A stretch of 64,000 nucleotides of DNA from Alphaproteobacteria bacterium (GCA_017615655.1 JAFZZS010000007.1:59463-123462); one strand, 5' to 3'. Shown: positions 18,044-26,658, counted from the first letter of the stretch. Notes: generated by a model not told the origin, from the sequence alone. Program-made: numbers and translations.

Positions 18044-18702
18044 TTTTCTATAGAATTTGTCTGTTGGGGCAAGGAACTAATCAATGTGTGCAATTTCTGT
18101 AACAATTCGGATCCTTCTTCACCAAACATGGGTAAATATGTTTCATATTCTGGCAAATCTACCTGAAGTTGCGCACGCACACGATCATTTACAGGTTGCT
18201 TGATAAGGTCTTTGGCTTTTATCCATATATTATAAGCATTCCACATACGTGCAATTTGATCAAACTTGTCGAACATGTCAGTATCATTTGTCAGTATAGT
18301 TCGTATAGATGAAACCCAATCCGAACCAAAGCGACGAACAACGGGCGTAGATATGAAATTCTCTAGACCACGTTGATTCGGGGTAAAGGCGTTAATAGCA
18401 ACCTTTAATTCTTTTAGTTCCGGTTCTGTTATTTGAGTGTTTATTGGGCGTTCCGCAAATATACCACCATATGGTAATAATTCGCGAGATATAGAATCCA
18501 TAGGGGTCTTGCCACTGCGCAGGTTATTTATATGTTCAGATAATAATTTACCTGTCGGTAAATCTTTTAGTTCCTGGATTACGTCATCGGTGGCTTCGTC
18601 AATAAAAATTTTGTTTAACACGGACCAACCGCCTGCGATAACATGTGCTTGACGATAAAGGTTTAACAACTTCTGTGCGACAATGCTTGCTTTGGCTTTC
18701 AT
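18040..18702 (-). CDS. hypothetical protein (part of the insertion within terL)
   Basis: 220 aa; no motif recognised; stop codon overlaps the stop of the terL N-fragment convergently. Confidence 0.4.
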   Translation of the reverse strand: MKAKASIVAQKLLNLYRQAHVIAGGWSVLNKIFIDEATDDVIQELKDLPTGKLLSEHINNLRSGKTPMDSISRELLPYGGIFAERPINTQITEPELKELKVAINAFTPNQRGLENFISTPVVRRFGSDWVSSIRTILTNDTDMFDKFDQIARMWNAYNIWIKAKDLIKQPVNDRVRAQLQVDLPEYETYLPMFGEEGSELLQKLHTLISSLPQQTNSIEN

Positions 18703-18729
18703 CTCGTTTAATCCCCCATATTTAAAGAT

Positions 18730-19740
18730 TTATTCGGTCAAAACCATAATAACTTTGTGCATAGTTTTGGCGGTAATTTTCTCGTCAGGTGATATCATTT
18801 GACCATAAACTTTGCCCTTGGAGTCTTTACGAATCACTGCGATATTTGCACGAACAGTTTCTTCGGGTTTAAGTGCTTTGAAATCGGCGTCTATAAAGAC
18901 CGCCAAATCACCAACCGTGGCATTTATCTTCGCGTCTGCAAAAACATATGATTTTTCCGGAATAAAACCACCAAGACGCTTTGAATTTGGAATAACCGCA
19001 TAAACACCCTTGCGACCTTCAAGATTCGCAGGAGCATTTATCATTGTATTATCCGATTTTTTTAATGCGATATACTTGCCATCTGGATGACCAAATACGG
19101 GTACCAATTTACGACGTGCGGTTTCATATAATTTTGCACTGTAAAGGTGCCCTTGGGAATCACCGAAATCTGCGGACGAATCACCTGGAACCAAAATAGA
19201 TTTTACACGTTCTTTGACTTTGTTCATTTGTTTGATAAGTTCACCAGATTTGTAAAGTTGAGCAATTTTATCAAACATCGTCTCAACAGAACAAGCAAAC
19301 GAATTCGCAAGTGGTTCTATTTCATTTTGATATACTTCGCGCTGACCAACTTCAATTTTATGATAAACTGATAAGGTCATACCAGCATCTTTCGCCGCCT
19401 GAGCAATAGTCTTTCCGGATTGTTGGCGAATTTTACGTAACCCGCTACCAAATAATTTAAGACCACTGTCTTCGTTATCATTCATACGGCGTGTGATTTC
19501 GTCCTGCCATTTAGATGCAACTTCGTCTGTATCTTTGATAAAAATATCTGACAGCTTACAGCCCAAAATATTGCAGATATTCAACAACTGTTTTTGATTA
19601 AGGCGTCGGACACCTTTTTCAATCTTGGACACTGCAGACAAAGACAATCCTGAACGACGTGCCAGTTCAGTCATCTTCATACCTGCTGCAAGACGAATAT
19701 TGCGAATATTGTTTGGAAAAATGATTTCTTCCTGGGCCAT
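18730..19740 (-). CDS. CI-like transcriptional repressor with two XRE-family HTH domains and a degenerate S24-like C-terminal domain
   Basis: HTH1 NIRLAAGMKMTELARRSGLSLSAVSKIEKG; HTH2 LRKIRQQSGKTIAQAAKDAGMTLSVYHKIEVG; C-terminal beta-rich domain lacks a clear GDSM catalytic Ser-Lys dyad. Confidence 0.7.
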   Translation of the reverse strand: MAQEEIIFPNNIRNIRLAAGMKMTELARRSGLSLSAVSKIEKGVRRLNQKQLLNICNILGCKLSDIFIKDTDEVASKWQDEITRRMNDNEDSGLKLFGSGLRKIRQQSGKTIAQAAKDAGMTLSVYHKIEVGQREVYQNEIEPLANSFACSVETMFDKIAQLYKSGELIKQMNKVKERVKSILVPGDSSADFGDSQGHLYSAKLYETARRKLVPVFGHPDGKYIALKKSDNTMINAPANLEGRKGVYAVIPNSKRLGGFIPEKSYVFADAKINATVGDLAVFIDADFKALKPEETVRANIAVIRKDSKGKVYGQMISPDEKITAKTMHKVIMVLTE

Positions 19741-19762
19741 GTAAACCTCCTTGTATAAAATC

Positions 19763-19781
19763 TTGACAAAATGATAGTCAA
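19763..19781. promoter_or_regulatory. palindromic operator TTGACaaaatgataGTCAA overlapping the -35 of the repressor promoter
   Basis: On the minus strand: TTGACT-17-TTTATA-caAGGAGGtttacATG; the inverted repeat TTGAC-N9-GTCAA spans the -35 and spacer. Confidence 0.5.
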
Positions 19782-19817
19782 ATTTTGAAAACTTGGCAAG
19801 AAAATAATTATATAAAA

Positions 19818-21377
19818 TTACAAATCGATATCATCTGGTATTGCATTGATATCAATTTTGGGAACATCGGCGACCTGTTCAGGTGTATTTGATGCGAAAT
19901 CATCCGAGAACCCAGGAACATTGCTTTCCATTTCGTTAAGGTTATCAAACAAACTAAATTCTGCAAGGAAAGCAAGATGAACAGTATCTGTGCGCCCATG
20001 ACGGTTTTTCCCAATGATAAGGTCCGCTTTGCCTTTGGCTTTTTCTAGTCGAGCCTGCCAAGAACCCACAGATTTTTCGTTTGGCGTATTTGATAAGCGG
20101 TAAGATGGATCCCGGTTCTGCAAGTAATATTCCTCGCGATAGGTGAACATAACAATGTCAGCATCCTGTTCAATTGACCCGGAATCACGTAAATCGGATA
20201 ATTGTGGTCGTTTATCATCACGTGATTCGACACTGCGCGAAAGTTGTGAAAGTGCAATGACCGGAACATTTAATTCCTTGGCAAGCATCTTTAGACCGCG
20301 CGTTATTTCTGACAATTCTTGAACGCGGTTATCCTTGTTTTTGCCGCCTGGCGAAGTAATAAGTTGTAAATAGTCAATAACAATAAGCGAGATTCCATTA
20401 TATTTTCTGGCAAGCCTCCGTGCGCGAGTGCGTATCATCGGAACTGACATACCAGGTGTGTCATCAATGAACAAAGGAATACGACTTATTGCATCGGAAA
20501 ACTGGGTTAATTTTAGAAAATCTTCATCTGTCAAAGATTTACCTTCGCGCATTGCAGATGCCGGGATTCGTGATTGTGACGACAGCACGCGTGCAGCTAA
20601 TTCAGAGGCCCCCATTTCAAGACTGAAAAAGGCGACCGCACCTTTGAATTGCGGATTCGCACGTCCAGAGTAAATTGCGTTTGCCGCATTAAATGCGATA
20701 TTCATGGCCAATGCAGTTTTACCCATACCTGGACGACCAGCAATTATAAGCAAATTGGACTTATGCATTCCACTTATTGCACGATCCAAATCGGTTAACC
20801 CGGTTGTTAAACCAGATAAGTTGCCATCAGCCTTGTAAGCGATTTCTGTTTCAACAAGTGCTTCCTTTAGGGCATTTGCAATCGGAACGACGTCGCGACC
20901 AACATCCCCAGTAGTTGCCAAATTAAAAAGTTTTTGTTCGGCATTTTCAACCTGGGCAGACACTGGATTGTCCATATCTTCGACAAACGCATCATCCATG
21001 ATAGATTGCGCAAGATTTATAAGTTCACGACGCGTTGCATTTTCATGAACAATACGACCATATTGTTCAACATTTACTACGGTTGCACTGGCCCCAGCAA
21101 GTTGAGTCAAATAATCAACACCACCAACGGATTCCAGGGTACCTTGTTGATCCAAATAATTCTTTATAGTGATTATGTCAAATGGTACACCTGCCGCAAA
21201 CAACCGTACAGCAAGTTTATAAATTTCCTGGTGTGCAGGATGAGAAAAATCTTCGGGGCGCAGGAATTCGGTAACCTTTTCCAGTGCGCGATTGCTTATC
21301 AAAATCGCGGCCAATACGGCCTGTTCGGCCTCGATATTTGTTGGTAAAGTTTTGGGAGTAAAGTCCATGTCAAACAT
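19818..21377 (-). CDS. dnaB: replicative DNA helicase DnaB (full length, bacterial type) with short acidic C-terminal extension
   Basis: N-terminal domain LPTNIEAEQAVLAAILIS; Walker A IIAGRPGMGKTALAMN; Walker B LIVIDYLQL; arginine finger region; 519 aa. Confidence 0.92.
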   Translation of the reverse strand: MFDMDFTPKTLPTNIEAEQAVLAAILISNRALEKVTEFLRPEDFSHPAHQEIYKLAVRLFAAGVPFDIITIKNYLDQQGTLESVGGVDYLTQLAGASATVVNVEQYGRIVHENATRRELINLAQSIMDDAFVEDMDNPVSAQVENAEQKLFNLATTGDVGRDVVPIANALKEALVETEIAYKADGNLSGLTTGLTDLDRAISGMHKSNLLIIAGRPGMGKTALAMNIAFNAANAIYSGRANPQFKGAVAFFSLEMGASELAARVLSSQSRIPASAMREGKSLTDEDFLKLTQFSDAISRIPLFIDDTPGMSVPMIRTRARRLARKYNGISLIVIDYLQLITSPGGKNKDNRVQELSEITRGLKMLAKELNVPVIALSQLSRSVESRDDKRPQLSDLRDSGSIEQDADIVMFTYREEYYLQNRDPSYRLSNTPNEKSVGSWQARLEKAKGKADLIIGKNRHGRTDTVHLAFLAEFSLFDNLNEMESNVPGFSDDFASNTPEQVADVPKIDINAIPDDIDL

Positions 21378-22215
21378 AGTATATGAAAAAAATGTTTTTT
21401 CAACCCCTTTTTTATCGGGTTACGATGAACTAAGAATCCCAATCATTAATTCCGACGGAAGACCAGTATGGCCCGAAGTATTTCCAATTGAAAAGATTGA
21501 AAAAATTCGTAAAACCGTTGGAGAACGACATTTTTTGGCCCAAATGATGCTAGATTATGTTCCGTCAGATAAAATTAGACTTGATCCGGGGAGCATCAAG
21601 TTATATGACGATGATTTTGATATACATAATTCCAAATTAGGAGAAAATCAAATCACTGGTATGGCAATTTACTGGGATCCATCCAGTGGTCGCAAAAATT
21701 CTGACAACAGTGTGTGTGTTCTTATTTATCGTGATGACAAAAATATGCGTGTATTTGTGCACGATATACTTTATATGATTGTTCCCGAGACCGTTGAATA
21801 CCCATTGGCATATCAATGTAATCAGGCTTTGGAATTTGTGCGGCGTCATCATGGGCATAATATACATGTTGAAACAAATGGAATAGGTGGGGCTTTTCCA
21901 GAAATAATGCGAACCAATAATCCAAATTCGCAATACAAAGTTCAAATTTTGCCGATAAGTAACAGCCGGCGCAAAGAAGATCGGATTCTAGATACCATAG
22001 AGCCACTGTTAAGCACAGGGCGGCTTTATGCGCATCGCCGTATAACACAAACTCCACTAATAGCAGAAATGTTGGCATGGACCCCACTAGGCAGTGGGGA
22101 ACATGATGATGGTTTAGATGCATTAGCGGGGGCAATTAATGCGCATCCAAATGTGGTGCGCCCAATGGCATCGACATTTCAAAGATATGTTGCCAACACA
22201 AACTTTAAAATCTAA
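21367..22215 (+). CDS. terminase large subunit, C-terminal (lid plus RNaseH-like nuclease) fragment
   Basis: Nuclease motifs GMAIYWDPSSG and GEHDDGLDALAGAI. Start codon overlaps the dnaB start (21377) on the opposite strand. Confidence 0.78.
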   Translation: MSNIVYEKNVFSTPFLSGYDELRIPIINSDGRPVWPEVFPIEKIEKIRKTVGERHFLAQMMLDYVPSDKIRLDPGSIKLYDDDFDIHNSKLGENQITGMAIYWDPSSGRKNSDNSVCVLIYRDDKNMRVFVHDILYMIVPETVEYPLAYQCNQALEFVRRHHGHNIHVETNGIGGAFPEIMRTNNPNSQYKVQILPISNSRRKEDRILDTIEPLLSTGRLYAHRRITQTPLIAEMLAWTPLGSGEHDDGLDALAGAINAHPNVVRPMASTFQRYVANTNFKI

Positions 22216-22236
22216 CAAATAACAAAAGGAATAATT

Positions 22237-23463
22237 ATGAAATATGATTTACAAAAAATGTATACGCATGCATTGGCGGTTCGTGAACCATGGCTTAAAA
22301 GGTGGTACGATGCGCGCAAGTACACAATGCCGACATCAGATGAAGATATGGCAATGTTATTTGATGCGACCGCTGCGGATGCTGCAGATAACCTGGCAGC
22401 ATGTATGTATTCTTTGCTTACGCCCCCGGAATCATTGTGGTTGAATCTTGTTCCCGAAAGCCCAGAATCACCAAATGCAGAAGTTGCAACAGCTGTACTG
22501 CGTGCAAATCTTAACGATTCAAATTTTTATACAACAATTCATCAATGCTATATGGATTTGGTAACATTGGGAACGGCCTGTTTATTTATGGCAGAAAGTC
22601 CAATTGGTGCATCCAGTGCATTTTCATTTACTGCAATTCCAATGAAAGACATTGCGATTTTGCCGAATGCAGTTTTTCATACCACATCTATTTCGATTAG
22701 TGACGTGATGGCGCGTTATCCAGAATGGACACCTACACGTGAAATTGCCGACAAATTAAAACAAAATACCGATTTTTCGGTACGTTTAGTCCAGGCATTA
22801 ATAGGTTCTGATTTTACAGCGTGGTTGGATGTTGGTGGAAATCTTGAAAACAATATTGTATCGTGCGGAACGTTTGAAACAAATCCATACTTAATTTTCC
22901 GTTGGTCCGTAACCAGTGGTGAGCAATATGGTGTCGGACCAATTTTACGTGCATTACCTGATATAAAAACCGCAAATAAAGTTGTGGAACTGGTTTTGAA
23001 AAACGCAACTATTGCCGTCAGTGGTATATGGCAGGCAGACGATGATGGTGTCATAAATCTTGAAAATATTAATTTAACCCCCGGGGCAATAATTCCAAAA
23101 GCAGTAGGTAGCAGCGGTTTGACTCCACTTGCCACTGGGGCAAATTTTGATGTTTCACAAATTATACTAAAAGATCTACGCGAACGAATTCGTCATGCAT
23201 TACTTGCCGATAGATTGGGATTATTATCTGAAAAAGAAATGACGGCCACTGAAATATTGGCACGTAACGCGGACATGTTACGCATATTGGGTGCGACGTA
23301 TGGTCGATTATTGCACGAATTTATTCGTCCACTTTGTGACCGGGGACTGCAAATACTGTCACGTCGTGGTATCATAGATAAAATATCATTGCACAGTGAT
23401 GCGGAGTTAAAATACATTGCACCAATTGCCCAAATGGTTGCAGAAAACAACACAATTATATAA
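22237..23463 (+). CDS. head-to-tail connector (portal) protein, T7 gp8-like
   Basis: WLKRWYDARKYTMPTSDED parallels T7 gp8 YERLKNDRAPYETRAQNCAQYTIPSLFPKD. FRWSVTSGEQYGVGPILRALPDIKTANKVVELVLKNA parallels gp8 MVRLDGESYGRSYIEEYLGDLRSLENLQEAIVKMS. Confidence 0.7.
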   Translation: MKYDLQKMYTHALAVREPWLKRWYDARKYTMPTSDEDMAMLFDATAADAADNLAACMYSLLTPPESLWLNLVPESPESPNAEVATAVLRANLNDSNFYTTIHQCYMDLVTLGTACLFMAESPIGASSAFSFTAIPMKDIAILPNAVFHTTSISISDVMARYPEWTPTREIADKLKQNTDFSVRLVQALIGSDFTAWLDVGGNLENNIVSCGTFETNPYLIFRWSVTSGEQYGVGPILRALPDIKTANKVVELVLKNATIAVSGIWQADDDGVINLENINLTPGAIIPKAVGSSGLTPLATGANFDVSQIILKDLRERIRHALLADRLGLLSEKEMTATEILARNADMLRILGATYGRLLHEFIRPLCDRGLQILSRRGIIDKISLHSDAELKYIAPIAQMVAENNTII

Positions 23464-23476
23464 CAGGGAATTTATT

Positions 23477-23683
23477 ATGAGAAATTTAGAATTGTCATAC
23501 GCTAAGACATTTTCATCTGATTCTGGCGCAATTGTTATCGCACATTTGCGCCGAATAACAATTGAACGTGTGTTGGGACCAAATGCAACAGAATCAGAAT
23601 TACGTACACTTGAAGGCGCACGCGCATTGGTACATCAAATTGAACAGTTGATATTACGGGGGCGGCAAAATGCAAAAACATAA
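23477..23683 (+). CDS. hypothetical small protein (start uncertain)
   Basis: ORF 23417..23683; plausible start at MRNLELSYAK. Confidence 0.3.
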   Translation: MRNLELSYAKTFSSDSGAIVIAHLRRITIERVLGPNATESELRTLEGARALVHQIEQLILRGRQNAKT

Positions 23684-23927
23684 TGGTATCAGCGGAATAA
23701 TAGAAACATTACGCAACAGTTGGTTTTTAATTGCGTTTATTGCGGGACTTATATACTGGGTTGCGCGCCAGGATAATGCATTGATCGAACTTGATAGGTT
23801 AACTGTTCGAATGACTACATTAGAAAATCGTACTACGGTATTAGAAACAGGAATAGGGCAATTACAATTAAAAATCGATGCAATCAAAGAAGATTTGACT
23901 CTAATTAAAACTGCCGTGATTAAGTAA
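23670..23927 (+). CDS. small membrane protein with C-terminal coiled coil (holin/spanin-like?)
   Basis: TM segment WFLIAFIAGLIYWVA; heptad-like LTVRMTTLENRTTVLETGIGQLQLKIDAIKEDL. Confidence 0.35.
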   Translation: MQKHNGISGIIETLRNSWFLIAFIAGLIYWVARQDNALIELDRLTVRMTTLENRTTVLETGIGQLQLKIDAIKEDLTLIKTAVIK

Positions 23928-23956
23928 AAAATCCCCCGCATTTTGCGGGGGAATAA
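23926..23956. terminator. rho-independent terminator (mainly for yraN on the minus strand)
   Basis: tcccccgc-atttt-gcggggga with an A-run on the plus side, which is a U-run for the minus-strand transcript. Confidence 0.75.
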
Positions 23957-23967
23957 AATGTTAATTA

Positions 23968-24309
23968 CTAGAATGCATTCTTTATCCAGTCAACATGTAG
24001 ACCATGAACAATAATAACATCAAATCTGGCATCACCTGACCATTTCTTTTTTATCAAGAATGTTTCTGCCGATAATCGTAATCGTCGTCGTTGTTGTTCC
24101 GAAATCGCATCCCACGCAGCATCTATAGTTTTACGGTGTTTGACCTCGATAAATACAATCAAATTTTTACGTTTCGCAATGATGTCAATTTCTGCACGAC
24201 CAGTATGTTTCCCAGTTACATATCTTCTGCGTAAAATCCTAAACCCACGCAGAATTAAATAAATGCATGCAACAAATTCACTAAATAATCCGGTTTTATA
24301 TGAATCCAT
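23968..24309 (-). CDS. yraN: YraN-family (UPF0102) endonuclease-like protein
   Basis: GRAEIDIIAKRKNLIVFIEVKHR core motif; the ORF track extends to 24393, but the start is probably an internal Met. Confidence 0.7.
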   Translation of the reverse strand: MDSYKTGLFSEFVACIYLILRGFRILRRRYVTGKHTGRAEIDIIAKRKNLIVFIEVKHRKTIDAAWDAISEQQRRRLRLSAETFLIKKKWSGDARFDVIIVHGLHVDWIKNAF

Positions 24310-24313
24310 ATTC

Positions 24314-25132
24314 CTAGAAAGCATAGGGCTTTGCGGCAAAATTATCCATCGCTTGTTGAATGTTAGTTGCGCTGTCATCTGCCTGACGACCACAATCGAC
24401 CAATTCTAATTCACCATAGTATGCTGTCATTAGCGGATCATATGCATTATCTGAACTTACCCATTTATCAGACCCCGAATTTGGTACGCCATATTTTTCC
24501 AAAACATTCTGCCACCATGCCATAATTTTTTTATTTTTTTGATTTTCAAATTTTTCGTCCATACCTTCTTCTTCGTTGGCATCATTCTTATAGACAATTT
24601 TCCACACGACATTATCTGTTGCGTTACTTGTAAAATAAACATCAATGGTTTCACCCGTTATATCACGCACAAGGTGCAATTCAGACGCATAAAGCACACC
24701 ACGATTTCGTGCCAAAGATTTTATACATTTATCTAATTTGGCAGGAACGTAAATCTTTTGTTGGCGACATTCGTAATCAAGATTATACTTCCAGTCTTTG
24801 TGTATTGAATAAACGACGCTATCCTTTGGCCTATTGATATACAATCCATTTTCGCGTGCGACCATTTGCGCCTCGTCAAAGGTCATTCCCAACATTATTC
24901 CGGCAATATCAAAATTCGCGGCTGCCACAGGCGTTGCATCAGCATTTATTTGTACAGTTGTCATTCGACACTCTTCATTTCCGTCATCGTCGGTTTCAAT
25001 TGAGTATTCATCGAAATTTTCACCACTTTCATCCTGTGTGTATTCATCATAATCAAATTCGTCCGCAATGCAAACTGGACACATAACAAGAATCGAGCAT
25101 AACAGAGCAAAAAGACCAAATATACGTTTCAT
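24314..25132 (-). CDS. secreted acidic protein of unknown function
   Basis: Signal peptide MKRIFGLFALLCSILVMCPVCIA; Asp/Glu/Tyr-rich N-terminal region; last gene of a four-gene envelope operon. Confidence 0.45.
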   Translation of the reverse strand: MKRIFGLFALLCSILVMCPVCIADEFDYDEYTQDESGENFDEYSIETDDDGNEECRMTTVQINADATPVAAANFDIAGIMLGMTFDEAQMVARENGLYINRPKDSVVYSIHKDWKYNLDYECRQQKIYVPAKLDKCIKSLARNRGVLYASELHLVRDITGETIDVYFTSNATDNVVWKIVYKNDANEEEGMDEKFENQKNKKIMAWWQNVLEKYGVPNSGSDKWVSSDNAYDPLMTAYYGELELVDCGRQADDSATNIQQAMDNFAAKPYAF

Positions 25133-25134
25133 TA

Positions 25135-25785
25135 CTATTTCTCGTCTATAATAACATCCTGGACATAAAACATAAACACAACCGCGGGATCAATTCCACG
25201 ACGTAACGCATTTTGAACGGCATCGATAGGTTGTTTTATCTCACCTGTATAGTCAACGTTCAAATACATCGTACCCCGTTTCACAGTTGGGATTTCTGTC
25301 ATGTCATTCGGTTTATACCATGTTTTTGTCTCATAATCAACCTGCAAATAATCACTTGCCTCTGGGGTTAAAATTTCATCAAAAACAGTAACAGTTCGGC
25401 GAACACCTTTTGATGCCTCTTCACGAATATCTTGTGCGGTTATTTGCCGCCATTTATCAAAAACGTTCGGTGACGACATATATGACAGTGGCGCATTTAT
25501 ACCATTACGTATGGTGCGTTGTTCAATATTTTCTGATCCTGGTTCAATGTACAAATATTCATATACAAATTTTTGTGCCAACCAATCACGCAGTTTTCTA
25601 TACTGAACATCCGCCAATGTCTTGGGATTCCCAATTTGGTCAGTAGACAGTAACCCCAGCCTAAAGAAATATGGTTGGATTTCTATTTTATCACTGGTTT
25701 CATATATCGCACTGGCCAAATACAGACTTGCAAAAACGCAAATCATTGTCGCAAAACCGAAAAGATAACCAAATAATTTTCGCAT
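25135..25785 (-). CDS. bitopic membrane protein of unknown function
   Basis: N-terminal TM FGYLFGFATMICVFASLYLASAI followed by a soluble domain; start overlaps the stop of the upstream gene (translational coupling). Confidence 0.45.
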   Translation of the reverse strand: MRKLFGYLFGFATMICVFASLYLASAIYETSDKIEIQPYFFRLGLLSTDQIGNPKTLADVQYRKLRDWLAQKFVYEYLYIEPGSENIEQRTIRNGINAPLSYMSSPNVFDKWRQITAQDIREEASKGVRRTVTVFDEILTPEASDYLQVDYETKTWYKPNDMTEIPTVKRGTMYLNVDYTGEIKQPIDAVQNALRRGIDPAVVFMFYVQDVIIDEK

Positions 25786-26483
25786 TATTGCTCCCTGTAT
25801 GCATTAAAGTCCGCCACATAGTACCCAAGTGTTTGCGGATATAGTTTTACATCGCGTTCAATGCGGATATAGGCAATTATTTGAAAATCGCCATGTATGC
25901 TTGAACGAACGCGTGCACGCGCAATCCAGTTACCACCATCTTTTGTAATATTGCCATTTGGCGTCACAATGATTCTTGATGGATTTACATACCAACGTTC
26001 ACCCAACGCCGCAAAAGACTGATAAAGTGGTACAACATCGTCAGCAAAAGAACGATATAGATTTTCTTCGGCGAGACAGAATATATTACATTCCATATTT
26101 CTACGCAGTGTCGTCTCTACGCGATTTGCACATACTGTTTCACGATTGCAGGTGTTCCAACGTGCCTCGTTCATCTCGGGATTATCCGATAGCGTAAACC
26201 ATCTTTCTGTAAAAACTCCGACCAGAGCGCGCTGCATCGAGGTATAATATGGAACAGGTTGTCTAATCTTTTGTTGCCCCAGCAATTCCCATTTGCCATT
26301 TGCCCCATCAACGTAAATTATAAAAGGCTCTATTGTCCGATTTTGTATAATCCATGGTATCGCAACACAACAAAAAAGTATAAGAAGAAAAGAAACAAAT
26401 ATCCAAATCCCCGCAGTTCGGGAAACGGCAATTCGTTTTCCCGCCGGAAATGCCGACGTTTCAAAATCTTCTGGATAATCCAT
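25785..26483 (-). CDS. bitopic membrane protein, VirB8-like topology and motifs (tentative)
   Basis: Cytoplasmic N-terminus, TM IWIFVSFLLILFCCVAIPWII, then PFIIYVDGANGKW (VirB8 PYVVEVD..G), ...FTERWFTL (VirB8 FVERVRSV), C-terminal GYYVADFNAY (VirB8 GVYITDFTW). Confidence 0.4.
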   Translation of the reverse strand: MDYPEDFETSAFPAGKRIAVSRTAGIWIFVSFLLILFCCVAIPWIIQNRTIEPFIIYVDGANGKWELLGQQKIRQPVPYYTSMQRALVGVFTERWFTLSDNPEMNEARWNTCNRETVCANRVETTLRRNMECNIFCLAEENLYRSFADDVVPLYQSFAALGERWYVNPSRIIVTPNGNITKDGGNWIARARVRSSIHGDFQIIAYIRIERDVKLYPQTLGYYVADFNAYREQ

Positions 26484-26511
26484 ACTCCCCCCTTGTGTGA
26501 GTATAATCAGA

Positions 26512-26658
26512 CTAAGCGCGATAGACCATTATGCATGCACATGGGCTTAATTTCAGTTCGTTTGTATCATATCCCACACCAACAGGTTCACGATCATAAA
26601 TCTGACCACAGCCCGCTAATGCCAATCCTACAAACACTCCCAATATAATTTTTTTCAT
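26512..26658 (-). CDS. small lipoprotein (48 aa), possible VirB7-like lipoprotein
   Basis: Own translation: MKKIILGVFVGLALAGCGQIYDREPVGVGYDTNELKLSPCACIMVYRA; lipobox LAGC; not in the ORF track (below size cutoff); first gene of the operon. Confidence 0.4.
   Translation of the reverse strand: MKKIILGVFVGLALAGCGQIYDREPVGVGYDTNELKLSPCACIMVYRA

Noticed and set aside
17450-22215. Intein or group I/II intron as the cause of the terL split
   Set aside because: The insert is three independent opposite-strand protein genes with their own promoter. There are no intein splice-junction residues or intron ribozyme structure.
24314-25132. VirB9 assignment for the 272-aa secreted protein
   Set aside because: It is acidic and lacks the beta-rich VirB9/TrbG/CagX signatures, so it is left as unknown.
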